Shown: one piece after another, positions 26,620 through 40,561 of the stretch | Numbering within the stretch: position 1 is the first letter of the stretch | Layout of the letters: each line of letters opens with the position of its first letter | Assembly: GCA_010015585.1 (NCBI GenBank) | Contig: ML975151.1 | Length of the DNA: 64,000 nucleotides | Source: Eremomyces bilateralis CBS 781.70 | Taxonomy: Eukaryota | Reading direction: 5' to 3' (one strand) | Notes under the pieces: generated by a model | Seen by the model: only the letters and a program-made list of their open reading frames with translations | Database searches by the model: none | What the model was told of the DNA's origin: nothing | Made by a program: the position numbers and the translations under genes

Positions 26620-29600
26620 TTAGTTATTCTTCATCGTCTTCTGTTTCTCCGCATTCTCCACTAACTTCTTCCCTGCAATAAACAACCCCTTCCTCTTCCT
26701 CACCTTCTCTGTATACATCTTCGCCACGTTCTCCCTATCCGCCAACTCTCCCAGATCTTCCAATTGCTCTTCCGTGAACGGCACCCAGAACGGGTCCTGA
26801 TCCAGCATCTCGAACCCATGGAAGACGAGCTGAGGGCTCGCTGCGCCTGAGGTCCGCTTTCGGATCTCCTCGGAGAAGCCGAAGGACTCGGCGACGGGGA
26901 GAACGGCCACGACAGTGAAAAACGGCGTGCCTTCTTTCATGGCCTCGGAGAGGATGCGACCACGACGCCGAGTGATGACGCCATAGACCCGACCAAGGAC
27001 CTCCGCTATGATGGGTTAATCACTATTGTTCAAGAGTGTTGATATAAGACTGTCAACTTACTTGAAGCTTGGATCTCGCAGCTATACATGGCAAGCAACA
27101 TGCGCGGACTCCAGTCCAGGAACCCAGTGCGAATGGAATCCCTGACTGCCTTTATCACTTCACTGGTTAATCGACCAAGTTTGTCACGAGCGCTGGCCGC
27201 TTCATCCATCGAGCTTGAAATGGTGATGTCCTCGAGGAAGACAGCCACGCCTTGCATCGGCTCATTACAGAGCGGCCCCTGAGCTGTTACCAGTTGGAAC
27301 GCGTAGTTGATCTTGTCAGAGAGGTCTTGCGCTGTTAGACCTGCTCTAGAATGTTGGTTTGTGATCGATCCTTCCGAAGCGCCATTTGTCTCGTGTAGTC
27401 TGATGTAAGTTAGCGAATATGTAAGGTAAGGTCGTCGCCGACACTTACACTTTGCTGCATGCGCCGTCCTTCGTCGCGTCGATTAACACGTTCGGACCAA
27501 CTCGCCGTGGACCAAATGCAGCGATCGTGTCAACCACCCCCTTCCATGTGCCATTGTCCTTCTCAGCCACTTCAAAAGCAGACATCAAACGTTTCCTGAG
27601 ATCGTCTCTTGAGCACAGTTCGCCCTGGTCCAAGTCCCCTCCAACTATTAATTCGCTTGTTGAGGCATTTCCAACTCCTTCCCCCACGGGATGCCTCTCG
27701 TCTAAACTCTCGCGCCCCTCTGCCCAGACTTTCCGTATTGACCTCGAGTTCTTGATCAAGCACTCGGTCACATTCTCCGGCAACGGCCTGACCCTCAACC
27801 GGATCGTCACAATGCCGCTAGGCGTCGCTGTAATGACTGTGCCTCGCGGCAGATCTTTCTCCCGAGGGGGATTCATCTCTTTCGCTTCCACAATGCTCTC
27901 CCTATAAGGAACGATCGGTTCTCCGGCCTGGATCTCACATCTCGCGAACCGCTCCCTCAGGTCTTTCAAGCAACGCTCAAGATGCAATTCGCCGGCACAA
28001 CACACCACATGCTCTCCTGACTCCAGAACCTCATATTCAGCACACGGATCCGCCTGTACGAGCAACTTGAGACCAGTGATGAGTTTGTCCAAGTCAGCAG
28101 GGAATACTGGCTCCAGTGCAACCCGAACAATAGGTCGAACGGAGCCAGATATTCCGCCGAGATTGGGGGTCCCGGCCGGTCCGAGGTTTGAAAGCGTGCC
28201 AGCTTTGAGGATATGGCCAGCCAGACCAGCAATCCCCACCACGATTCCTGCTGGCGCTATTTTCAAAGGTTCCAGATGTCGTCCCATAAGAAGATATAGC
28301 CCCGTGATCGTTGCTTTGGTAGGAGGAGCAACGTCCGGTGCATCGGGCATATATTTCGGTCCGTAAGTCCAGACCTCGTCACCAACCGAGAGAGTACCAG
28401 AATAGAGTCGTGCGAATCCAATAAGGTGCTCTGGATCTTCAGGTTCCGCAACACTGTCGTCTTCTGCGCCATTCATATCATTCGCGCCAGTGATAGTGGC
28501 CATTGATAGTGAGTCCGTGACGCCGTCCACCTCAGTGGTTTTAGCAGCAGCGAACTGTGCACGTTTCTTCCTCGCGAGGTCCCGTGCCTCCTCAGCTGTC
28601 AGCATGAATCCACCCCTTTTCTTCTCCTTCGGTAGCTCGCTCTCCTTGACTGCCACCATTTTGCTCACGTACGCAACGAGGGGATCCTCCTTCTTGGAAT
28701 GAAATTCCGTCATGGCGGCCTTGATCTTTGGGTCCACTGCATTGCTTCCGGGACTCGAAGCGACTAAGTCTGGTATCCGTAATGCTTGAGCTGCGGGAGG
28801 GGAGGGGATTTGTTCGATAACGGTGACGAGCACCGCAGTGGAGAGTGGTAGCCAGGCAGCGAAGAGGGCGGTAAGTAATGCGCGTGGGTCGCGGGAACGG
28901 AGGATATGTGGAGGAAGCGTGATATTCAGAGACTTTGTGATCTTTTTCAAAAGTTCCGGATCGCTGTTGGAAGTTAGAAGAAGATAACCACAATGAATCA
29001 TGTATACAACTCACCCCTTGCCATCGTTGCCAGTGACGGTTGCATCGTATACCGCCCAAATGTTCTCAAGAACCAGTTGCACGAACATTGGCTTCAAGGC
29101 ACGACCTTTGAGATGCTTAGAGCTGAGGACTCTCTTGGTCTTTCGATCCAGGAAAAAGTCTCCCCAGAGTACTTTCTCTAAGATTGACCTCTTAATGCCG
29201 AGTTTTTTCTCATATAAACTGGCAAATTGCTTGACAGTAAAAGCCCAGCCGTCAACCGCGCTGCTGAATATGACGTTATTCTTTTCCGGCGCGAAGTAGA
29301 TATCTTCATCGTCCATCTCTACGAAGTCGCCGTCGATGATTTCGCTCGCGTCTGTTCCGCCACTCTTCCCCTTGGCCTTGTCAGCGGCGGCGTTTACTTT
29401 CTGTTCCAATCGCTCCCGCCACCGCAAGTCCTCTTCCATTCGTTCTCCCTGGAAGAAGCCTCCGACTACGGCGTTGACCTGCTCTAGGAGTTTATTGAGG
29501 TGGATGTGTGCTTCGTAAGGGCTCATCTTCAACTCTGTAATGAGCCTATCCATCTTATTGATGACCAAGACGGGCTTCAATTTCTCCGTCCATGTCTGCC

Positions 29601-30138
29601 GGAGGACCGTGACCGTTTGACTACAAACCCCCTCAACTGCATCAACTAACACCATGGCTCCATCGCAGAGACGGGATGCTGTACTGACTTCAGAGCTGAA
29701 ATCGACGTGCCCCGGAGAATCAATGAGGTTGATAAGGTAGTCGTGCTGTTTCGGTTCCGTTTCCGGAGACGACCGGCGCAGCATGGCAAAGTACAATGAG
29801 ATGGCGGAAGATTCCATGGTGATACCACGGAGTTGCTCATCTGGCCGAGAGTCTAGGTAGCGGATCTTTCCTGCGAGTTTGGGAGAGATGATGCCGTTGG
29901 TGGCGATGAGAGCATCTGTGAGGGATGTCTTGCCATGGTCCTTGGATCTTTTGTTAACCTCCTCTTCCTTACTAGAAATCTCTCTGTTCCTGGATGGGAC
30001 TTACGACATGGGCGAGAATGCAAACCTAGATGTTTAGGTTAGTTGGTTCGTGCAGAGGTCGTGGATCGGACGTACATTACGGATGCCGTCTGGAGCACCC
30101 TGAAGCTCTGTGAGCTTCTCAACACCGACTACTGGCAT
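26620..30138 (-). CDS. RIA1: Elongation factor-like GTPase 1 (60S maturation), multi-exon, with a 21-nt exon at 30005-30025
   Basis: [67 protein letters not shown] and [25 protein letters not shown]. Confidence 0.96.
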
Positions 30139-30697
30139 TTCGAAGCCGTGATGTGTGCTGGAATAGGGTGTCCAGCAAGCGGAAGGACGGATGGATGGGG
30201 CAGGTTTACGTATTTGTTCTTATTAACGCACACCAAATTTGCCCTATGATCTAACGGGACGTTTCAATGCACCTGATAACCCTTGATACAAAGCATCGAA
30301 AGTAAAGATATCGGTCGTCGTTTAATTTTATACCGATTGGTAAGGTTTGTGAATCTCGAAACTTTTTTGCTATGACGATGATTCATGATGATACAGATTA
30401 TGTATGTATACCCTTTCGGGGTTAGTTCGGCTTGTTTTATAAATAGAGGCTGGGGCGAAAGGCGAATGGAGTCATATTATGGATAGCACGCGCTCACAGG
30501 TTAGGGTCCTTGCTCCAAACTGGCTTCATAGCCAGCCTTATTCTATCCCGTAGGTACCCTTGATGGGTTCTTTCGAACGTATCCTCCTCGTTCTGCCTCC
30601 ACGTATGTAAGAGTATGGCATAATTCTTGGGAATATCATCCTCGGCCAGGTCTTTCGGACAAGCTAGAATCGCTATTGCTACTGCGATAACAGACAC

Positions 30698-33568
30698 ATG
30701 GCGCACCCGGCAGCCGAAGAGGAGCGGCCGCCAAAGCCCATCAACAGTGGCGTCCGGCTTTCCATCTCCAATCTCTTGAGAGTTCTTGATGGAGTTGCGG
30801 CAGCCACCATACTGACCGAACAAGAAGCAGTGCCTGCCATGGCGTGGGTGCTGGCGCAAAATGAAGTTCCGCAGAACGAACCTGCTGGATCGCAGGGTCA
30901 AATGGGTAACATCATCGACAATGCGTTCCTCTTGAACGAGTGGTTAGACAGAATTGCCTCGAACAATCCTGCTAATGCATCCACTCAGGAAATCGTCAAG
31001 CTGGCTCTTGCTGTTGCATTTCTTCGCCAAAAGTCACGGCTCGAACAAGAAACCACTGGTGAAGAGCTGGAGCAAATTTGGGCCCTGATTCGCGATGCAT
31101 TGTTCAGCACCATATTCTCGCGGCCTGGCTACAGTGCGTCTCGCAGCGCCCAGGGGTTTCTTGCTCTACCTCTTTGCTGCCTGATCAACGAAAACAAAAC
31201 CATCGCCGAGCTATTTCGACTCCACGTTTGGATGCCGGATGGGGTGCGAGGAAATCCTCAGTATTCGATCCATTCTCACCAGCCATACGCACGAAGCTGG
31301 ATCTTGGCTGGGCAAGGAACGGATACCGCCTACACCGTTGAACCCGCGTCGGATCCTTCGGTCGCTACTCACGCAGAATTTGCGCTGAGATGGAAGTCGG
31401 GAGAAGAATTAGGCCAGAGTTACAGCCCGCATCAGCAGTACTCCGTGGTCGAAAACACTGGCAAGCTGGTCTGCGCAATTCCTGGAGAATCAGTGCTGCA
31501 CACGCGCGACATGACATATTCGGTACCAGCAGGCGCGTTTCACACCTCAAATATTCCTTCAGATGAGTTTCATGCCACGCTGTTCTTCTTCGACTCGCAA
31601 CGCAAATTCATAAAGGACGCGCCTGTTCTCGGTCCTATCGATGGCAAGTCGTTTAAGCAAGATCGTAACCCTGCTGGCGTAACTCCGATAGATCTCGTCA
31701 AGACGGTAGACGCATTTCGCGCCTGGGAAGAGCTCATTCAACGAGGGCAGGACTATGCACAATGCGCCGAGTGGGAGTATGCTCTTCGCGAGTTCAACAA
31801 GGCTCTCGATATGTGCAGCGTCCCAGACTTTCCAGCGTCTAAAACGTACCGACTTTCCACCCTTCTCGAGTTTGGCAACACAAATCGTCGTTTTGGGCGT
31901 TACGAGTTGGCTAAGAAGAGCCTGCAAATGGTTGTGGATGAATCGGGTACCAGTGTACTGCGCATCAATGCCAGCGGAGAGCTCGGTGTCATCTATCGAC
32001 ATATGAATCTTCTAGACGATGCAAAGGAAGTGATTGGGCTTCAGCTCAAGACGGCCAAGGAACTCAACTCTGATACCGAAATATGCCGTGCACTGGGGAA
32101 TCTTGGTATGATCAACTACCAGCTGTCGCAACAAAGGGGCGACATGGAGTTATTGGACATGGCCATCAGTCAGCTCAAGGAGCGAGTTAGCACTGCCCGC
32201 AAGATAAAGGAGAGTACAGAAGCGTATTCGCTCGACGGACACATCGAATCGCGCTTGGTCAAGTATGCCATTACGCGAGAGTCTATCGGCCTCGCCCGAC
32301 TCTCCCTATGCTACACAGCTCGTGACGAGCTCGCCAAGGCTGCGGAATTTGCCTTACAGTCGCTGAATATTGCAGCAACGCTCGATGACCCTACCGTGAT
32401 TGCCATGTCACGGTTCTTCTATGGACGCGTTCTGCTTAGGAATGGGCAGCGCGAAGAAGCGCTCAAGCAATTCAACACGCCAGGCACCTGCACTCCTGCC
32501 ATTGCACTGTGCAAAGAGCCTTCAGAAGAGCACGGCCAATATCTGCGAGAGCTGGTGGATGTAGGCGCGGATATGGATCTCACGGACGAACAAGGCTACA
32601 AGGCACTGGATTGCGCCGTGTACAACAACGACACGTCGGTGGTCGACATTGTCCTCGACGGTCTCCGTAAGCAACTCCACGGTGACGTGCCCGGTAAACT
32701 GAAGCAAAGTATGAACGAGGCAAGGCTCAGAAAAAATTATCGCGAAATCTTTCAAGACAGGCTGCGGCCCGTTCTCAACCACAGCAACGCCCAAGATCGC
32801 TTACGGCGCCTGCGGAGGGCGTATGCGGAAATTCTCGCGGATGACGTGGAAAGGAGGAGAATGTTTGATGGCCTCAAGTTTGTGCGCTATTCCCACTTTG
32901 AGCGCTCCAAGCGAATCCCACGATCTAGCGACAAGGTGACCTACGAATGGAGCGCGGAATTTGACCGGAGTCACCCTGGTGCGCGCGTTGACTTTGTTAT
33001 ATTCCTCTCGTATCGGTGGATTGGGAAGGAATCTGGACTAGGCTCTCAGCCGGATGACCAGGACAACACGCAATATCGGCGCATGATTTCTGCCATCGAG
33101 GAGTTTTTGACGAGGCGTCCGGATGTGGATCGGAACACTTTGGGAATCTGGGTGGTAGGCCTATTGCCCATCTGTTCTCCTCGTCATTTCGCTTTCTAAC
33201 TAACACTTCAACAGGATCTTGCGTGTATCGATCAAGACCATGCGGCATCAGGCATCTCGGCACTTCCCATGGTTCTTATGCAATGCAATGTCGTAATCAG
33301 TCTTGTTGATGGCAGTTATTACTCACGAGCTTGGTGCTGCGTCGAGGTGCTGATGATCCAGACGCTGATTAAATCCTACGGCTTGCACCGGTGGTACGAG
33401 CAGGTTCACCCAGACGGATCCAATCAAATACCCGAGGATAATACGAGGTGGATTTTACGTGAGGCATCGCTCGATAGGAAGATCGTTGTGGCCGAGAAGG
33501 ACGTTTCATTTGCCGAAGATAGGCCTAAACTAATGTTTTTAGAACGACAGACGAAGATGCTTGGATAG
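30698..33568 (+). CDS. Multidomain cupin-TPR-ankyrin-HET(TIR-like) protein, ~936 aa; intron 33155-33214
   Basis: Cupin motifs RLHVW..IHSHQ..RSWILAG..PAGAFH. TPR-like helices (ASGELGVIYRHMN, RALGNLGMINYQL). Ankyrin-like DEQGYKALDCAVYNND. HET-like FLSYRW..IWVDLACIDQD..YYSRAWCCVE. Start codon uncertain (30698, 30839 or 30902). Confidence 0.85.
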
Positions 33569-34622
33569 GGAGATGAGAGGATACCTGTTATGATCCTCTA
33601 TCTGACCCGATCTCTCTCCTCGAGAGGATCAAGGGCCGGCATGGAGTGAATGGATCTGCAGGATCCCCAGGAATCCTGATGGCCCCGAATCAACCATCAC
33701 TGTCTGGGTTCAATGAACTGTGAAAGGCACGAGGAGAAGGGTCGGTCCGACGTGTTGCTAGGGGGAAGTATATGGATAGAGATAGGCGACGCGGCGATAG
33801 AGGCGGGCAAGGTTGAGTCAATTGGGCATCGAGATCAACAGGGGAAGAGGAGGGTATCTTTGTGGTAGCGAAAAACCAGAGGAAGCTATTGCGAGCTCTT
33901 TCAGGCCAAGTCGAATATAAAGCCATAGCTATCTCGGCTGTAGGGGTACTTGGTATGGATAGGAAACGGGGAATGTACTGTACCGTATTGAATTTTGAAC
34001 TGTCTCGAACTAGGTGTCAAAGCTATGATTCGGGACTTCCCCTTCTGTAGCATCTCCCCTTCTCTTCAAATCTACGGTCCTCATATCATTAGTAGATTAT
34101 AATCCAACCGATTGCGAAGAGACTTGACTGGTTGTTTTGAAGTTTCAGTGACAGTTTCAATACGCAGTGCTGGGAAAACCTCGGAGATCCCCACCAAGTC
34201 TCTCTCTGCCATGGTCCGGTTTGAAACAACAACCAGGACCACTCCCCATCAGCCTTATGAATGATCAATATCGCAAGTAGTGATCTTGCATTTCGACCTG
34301 GTAGTCAATCCCCGCATCCTACTCGTGCTATGGGCGACATCAACCTGATGGTGGCGGATTGGTGTTGACCAACAAAACGCGTCCCTTCGCGTCTGTTTCT
34401 CCTCGCGTCATCCATCTCGTCTCCTTCAGCCGTCCAGCGGTTAGCTCATGCGCCGTCCACAGAGACTCCACACTAGGGGTGTTGCACTTTATTCACGATT
34501 TCGCATCTCCTTGTGAGGCCACTATTCCACTTAACACCTAGCACCCTGATCGCTCCACCTCTTTTCTCTTGCGGTCATCGATCCAAAGCGTTGCGAACAG
34601 GGCTATCAACCACCAGCCTGCC

Positions 34623-35784
34623 ATGGATATGGACCTCGATTCTGCTCAGGGAGCTCCCCCTCTCACCGAGCCTCAACATAGTACTAGCCCGACGACTAGC
34701 CCACACGATCAGACCATGGACATGGACGACACCATGCAGACCATTACGGCATCAAGCATGCAGCAAGCGGCGGCGGCAGCGGCAGGACAGGAATTCCAGA
34801 CCGATTACAGCAACGGCAACTCCCATGATCCCAGACCGCAAACATCGTACTCGGATACCGCATACCGCCCCTACGATGCTCATAGCCAATATAATACCTC
34901 CGAAAACGACACTCCCCCAAGACCGGGCTACCATAGCCAACACAGCTACTCTCGTGGCGGCTCCCGACCCAGCTCGTTGGCGGGGTCCGGCAATCACTCT
35001 CCGTACGACATGGCCAACCGACAGGCGGGATACCAGGAACAGCAGATGCGGGCACAGCAACCGGAGTCAGCGGCGAAGAACACGAGCGTGGTGATCAAGG
35101 TCGGCATGGTGGGGGATGCACAGATTGGAAAGACGAGTCTGATGGTGAAATATGTTGAGGGCAGCTGGGACGAGGACTACATCCAGACGCTTGGTATGCG
35201 AGGCTACTCGCCATTGAGACCCTTCATGGACCTATACTAACGTAGCTCAAGGTGTTAATTTCATGGAAAAGACCATCTCGATCCGCAACACCGAAATCAC
35301 TTTCTCCATCTGGGACCTTGGTGGCCAGCGCGAATTCGTCAACATGCTCCCGCTCGTCTGCAACGACGCTGTTGCGATCCTCTTCATGTTCGACCTGACT
35401 CGGAAGAGCACCCTCAACTCCATCAAGGAGTGGTACCGACAAGGTCGAGGGTTCAACAAGACAGCCATTCCATTCCTCGTCGGAACCAAGTATGACCACT
35501 TTGTCAACTTTCCTCGCGAAGAGCAGGAGGAGATCTCGAACCAGGTATGGACGTGTCTTAAAAGAATTCATCAAGGCGAGTGAGGTACATGGCTGACAAT
35601 CCCGCAGGCCAAACGATTCGCAAAAGCAATGAAAGCGCCCCTCATATTCAGCAGTACCAGCCACAGCATCAACGTGCAGAAGATCTTCAAGATCGTCCTG
35701 TCGAAGGCGTTCGACCTACGCTGCACAATACCGGAGATCGAGAACGTGGGCGAGCCGCTGCTGCTGTACCAATCGGTGGGTTGA
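34623..35784 (+). CDS. TEM1: Septation/mitotic exit network small GTPase Spg1/Tem1 (introns 35194-35251, 35545-35607)
   Basis: [48 protein letters not shown] and [23 protein letters not shown]. Confidence 0.95.
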
Positions 35785-36283
35785 AAGGGCATCGGTCCCA
35801 ATTTGGATTCACACTGGGCCGAGCCGATGGAAGCGCGAGAAGCTTTTGCGATGAGATGACGCTTTATGAAGAATGCTTATGAGGTCGACACGGGACTGTC
35901 GACCGACGAGACTCGTTCCCAAACCACCCCACCACTCCTGAACACGCACCGATCCATTGCCAGTGTCAAATTGACGAGAGGCGCTGTCCTCTGCTTTTAA
36001 TTGTTCTGTCTAATGAAAGCCGGTGTTACAACCTCACAGACGATGAAGGCTTGTTGGCGTATCCACCGGAGCATGTGTTGGCTGATTTTCTAAAGCGGCT
36101 GGACTTGGACAGAACCATCATGTACCGTAAACCCACCCCATAAGAAACCGTAGGCAGGAGGTTTGAATATCAAGCAAATCTAAATCTGCGTTCCTATGTA
36201 ACTTGGCTGAGAGAACCGAGAACGCAACCACCCTCGCATCGGACCGGAGAGATCCTGCGATCCGCCATATGCATCACCGCACA

Positions 36284-37628
36284 CTACGGCCTCCCCTTCT
36301 GCCGCTTACTCTTCCCCGGCCGCGCCTTCTTCACCTTCGACGACCCTCCAAACTCGTTGCTCTTCATCCCCTTTGCGCTGAACCCTCGCATGTCCGACGT
36401 CGACGTGGCGTCCCCGCTCTTGGAGAACCGCTTCTTCCCACCAAACCCGTACTTATCATCCTTCTTCTGCCGCTTCGGGTTGGCGTCCGCTCCGCCCCGC
36501 TTGCCCGGCCCATCCGACCGGCGCCGCGGCGCCTCTTTCTCGAGCGCGATGTCGAACATGTCCTCCTCCTTCTCATTGGCGATGGGGGCGCCTTGTCGTT
36601 CTGTACAGGAATCAGTCAGCAAACACGCTTGTATGAAATGGAGTGATGGGGGAAACCTACTTCTCTTCAAACTCTCGACCTTCCCCTTCATCTCCCGCCG
36701 CTCCTTCGCCCGCTCCTGCTCCTTCTCCACCTGGACCTTCTTCCCGAACTTCTTCGCGTCCCGCAGCTTCCGCGCTTCCAACGCGGCCTTCTTCGCCGTG
36801 GCGTCCTCCACCAGCCGTGTCTTGATTCGTCCCATGTGCTCGTCGCTCTTCACCATCTCGGCGAAGAAGTCGTTCGGGCGGCTGAACGGGACGCCTTCTT
36901 TCTTCAGCTTCTGGCGGGCGAGCTCGGCGGCGGATTGAGCTTGGTTGTAGAATTGGAGTTCACGGTTGAGGTCGTCCTCCGGGTCGGGGATAGCGTTCGA
37001 GGTCGTGGTGTCGGCGGTGATAGATTGGTGGGCGGAGAAGGGGAGTTTGGCGTAGGGCAGGGAGATGCGGTTGAGCGCGGAGGTGAGGGCGGCATGGTTG
37101 TTAATAGTGAGGCGTTGGTGAGGAACAAGGTCGCCTTTTTCGGTATCGGAAAGAGATTCGAGGTCGGAGAGGGGGATGTCTTCTTCATCTTCTGAATGGT
37201 CGGACTCTGGCTCGTCTTGATCTTTCTCCTCCTTCTCGCCTTCATCGGACGTATATATTGAACTGTCGTCGTCAAGCGCGTTCATATCGTACTATTCTCG
37301 TTAGCATGTATCCATGTTTCTCGAGCGTGAGAAAACCTACCGCCACATCTTCGTCGCTCGACCCCTCCTCATCCTCCTCTTCATCTGGCAGAACGGCCAC
37401 GGTACGCGATGTACCATCCTCCTCAGTGACAAGCATTATACCGCCATCCGAGTCATCTTCGTCTCCAATATCCTCATCCTCATCATGAACTGGTTTCTGC
37501 TGTTGCGCTGCGGCCCGCTTTAGCTTCTCGGCCTCTTGACGCAACTTTTTCTGGTGATCTTTGGTGTAATTCGCGCCCTTTTGTCGGTTCAGCGCCACCT
37601 TCAACTTCAAGTCCTTTCTTTTTGCCAT
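36284..37628 (-). CDS. EBP2: rRNA-processing protein Ebp2 (2 introns)
   Basis: PHQRLTINN, DDLNRELQFY, PFSRPNDFFAEMVKSDEHM, KKFGKKVQ and KYGFGGKKRFSKS. Confidence 0.95.
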
Positions 37629-38171
37629 TTTTGCGACTTGATTGAACCACAATTGAGTATGAAGTTGTGCGATGCCTCTGGAAGGTTCAGTTCAGTTGTC
37701 GCGGCGTGGAAGTCGAAATCTTGGCAGGCGGATTTTTATTATGGGGCACTCGACCCGACATCCCTGCACTGAATTCACTCAACTTTACGCACATCTGTAA
37801 TTCGTATGTTAATTACCATATAGGTAAGTTTACAGTATAGCACAGCGTTCCTTCATCCGTTGGATGTAATCATCGGCTGCTTCACAAGCCCGGAGTAAAC
37901 AATAATAATGAATTGATTGTTGTTGATTCCGCATACTTAGGTTTTTGCCTGGCATGGTAGTTACCCCTGGGTGGAGGACTAATTATATTACGGTACTGAA
38001 ATCCATAGTCGTCCTAGCTGTAATAATAACATGAACATTTAACATGAAGATTGAAGTCCCTGACCTTTACATTTGCAACAAAGACGTCACCCCTTTTTTA
38101 CATCTCATATATAATATTAATAAAAACAACAACGCCCTCGCTGGTTGAATGAATAAACCGGCAGAGAAGCC

Positions 38172-38834
38172 ATGTCAGAAGGTCCACGGAACCGCCGTGA
38201 ACGACGCGCAGCAACGAAAGCCGACAAGAAAAACATGAAACCCACCGATGACATCCCTCTATCCCATCCCGACTGGGATGCGTCCCATCGACCAGCTAAA
38301 ACGCTCTATGACCTCGCGGAGGAGAGGCAAGCTTTGCTGGCGAAGGGGAAGCCGTTCGTAAACGCCGAAGGGACGAGTGACACGAAAAATGGCGATTGGG
38401 AGTTCATGTCTGACGATCCCCTGGGCGCCTTTGGCGAAGCCATTTTCTACACGGCCTCCTTGTCGATGTTACGATTTACCCTGGACGTGCTCGTGTACAA
38501 CCAGTATCGGCAGGAGATCGTCTGGCAGGAGATCTGGTTCCGGAGCCTCCAAGCTTTTCCGGTCCTCCTGCTCGCGACGTACTTCTTGCATACGCCGACC
38601 GCGAAGCGTCTCAAGATATTCCGGGATCTCCTATTTTTCGTCACGTCCGTGGCTGCCGGGGCGTTCATGGTGCACTCGGGGAATAAATATGGTTATTTCG
38701 CTGTCATGAAGAGGGCCCCGCCGATTGGAACGCTCTGGGTATGGAGCGTTGTCGAGATGAATGTGGGCTGGGCAGCGGGCAGTCTCCTGGTCGTTGTTGG
38801 ATATGCATGGTGGAAGGGTTATGGTTTCTTCTGA
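38172..38834 (+). CDS. Conserved fungal membrane protein (~4 TM) of unknown function
   Basis: 220-aa ORF with DIPLSHPD..KTLYDLA, FTLDVLVYNQY and GYFAVMKRAPPIGTLWVWSVVEM plus hydrophobic segments. Confidence 0.8.
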   Translation: MSEGPRNRRERRAATKADKKNMKPTDDIPLSHPDWDASHRPAKTLYDLAEERQALLAKGKPFVNAEGTSDTKNGDWEFMSDDPLGAFGEAIFYTASLSMLRFTLDVLVYNQYRQEIVWQEIWFRSLQAFPVLLLATYFLHTPTAKRLKIFRDLLFFVTSVAAGAFMVHSGNKYGYFAVMKRAPPIGTLWVWSVVEMNVGWAAGSLLVVVGYAWWKGYGFF

Positions 38835-39108
38835 ACCTTATGTGTTAGGTATTCGCAAGGACCATAACAGCGTTTCGAATCGCAAGAGATTGGATTGAGA
38901 AAGAAGAAAGCTAAGATGTCCCATGCAACCATCCCCCCATCCGCCGCATCAAATGATACCAGGCCAATTGTCCAATAGTCACAAAAGAAGGTAAGTTGGA
39001 ACGGGATAGGAAACTGCCTGGTATTGTTTTCCGATTCCACCATTCGCTGTCCCTCGGATGACCACTAGGCGCCTGCATTCATTCCCGCTAACATCAATCC
39101 AGATATCA

Positions 39109-40561
39109 TTAGTCGAGAGGCTTCTGGGCCCATACCGCGTATCTGTCGGCTTATATTAGCGGCCGTTCTCTGGGCCATGTTCTCGAACTTACCCGTCGTG
39201 CTGCATCTGCAGCTTTGAATTTTTAAAATCTTTCCGGACGTCAGCAATGAAGACCATGATCTCCTCCCTCTTCCACCCTTTCATCGTCAGCGGTCGAAGA
39301 GTGAAGCCTTCCAAGTTTTCCATGAACTGGATGGCGTTGATGGTTCCGATTTCTTTCTGGAAGAAGCGTCAGTGCGATCCACATGTAAACAGAGTATACA
39401 CCGATTATAGGCATACCATAGTCTTATCCTTTGGCCAAGTACCAACTGGAATATGGAAAGTTTTTTGGTTGATGTTGGTGAAGCCCGTATCTTTGAACCA
39501 TCCGAGCAATTTTGGACCCGGTTCTGGGTCCAATCCAATGCCGTGCATCAAGTCCTTCAATTCTACAGTCCACTTGTCGACGGGGCAACCTCGCTCGAAA
39601 TGACCACTCGGGGACGCCTTATTGAACGTCATCGTAAAGTCCATAAACTCGACCCACCCACCAGGCTTGGTGAATTTGAAGGCCTGCCGCAGCAACTTCG
39701 GCCAATCTTTCAACGCGCCTCCCATCATCCTCATATGGATATAATCGAACCCCTCCGAATAGATCCATTCTTGCTCGATGTCGTCGATCTCAAAGCGGAC
39801 GTTGGGTGGCACGTTCCGGGGTTGGTTGTCTGCAAGGTCGTTTCCGAGCACGTCGGCGGAAGGATACTGGTCGCCCATATCAATCGCCCAAATTCCCGTG
39901 CCCGTCCCGAGATCGAGGATGCGTTGCGGGTTGTCGCCGATCGGAGCGAAATGCAGTTTGCCGCCAGTGCAGAGGTTCAACATGTGTGAGACGAGGTCCA
40001 GCCGGTCCGCTTCGGTTTCGTCGGCGGGCAGGAAATACTTCTCTTTGCCATAGCCCTGGTATCTTCGTCCATTTTCATACTGGTAGTCTAATAGCGCCGA
40101 TTTCAACGAGGTCGTGACGCTCGCTCTGCGCATTTCCATTTAGATCTGGGCGACAAAGCACATTGACTCCGAAGAAACTCACGTATCGTCTCCGAGCGCA
40201 GAATCGTAATCACTCGTGTCGCCCTAGCGATCATGAAACGATTAGCCCCATGCTCAATTAAGTAAGCTCCAATATCACTAAAGGGAAAAGGACCCACATC
40301 TCCTTCCACCTCAATTGGCACCGCTTGTGAAATTGAAGCAATAGAAACTTGAGCGGGTTGAGCGGGCTCTTCTTGTTGCGACACAGCCGCCTCCGGTGCA
40401 AACTGCGTAACGCCTTCCGCGGGCGCTGTTGCGGGCGCTGGTGCTTCTGTCGCGGGTGCTGGTGCCTCTGTTGCGGGCACTGGCGCCTCCGTTGCCGGCG
40501 CCGTTCCCTCCTCTACCCCGCCTTTGGTCGGATTAGCTGGGGCTGGTTCGCTCGACGACAT
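39109..40561 (-). CDS. Class I SAM-dependent methyltransferase (LaeA-like/TAM family), multi-exon
   Basis: YENGRRY, YFLPADETEADRLDL, RILDLGTGTGIWAIDMGD, VPPNVRFEIDD, KPGGWVE and terminal YAVWAQKP. N-terminal PATEAP repeats. Confidence 0.92.

Noticed and set aside
33591..33631. 9-bp inverted repeat TGATCCTCT/AGAGGATCA after the HET-gene stop
   Set aside because: Short stem with a long loop, no TSD, expected by chance; intrinsic terminators are not a fungal feature.
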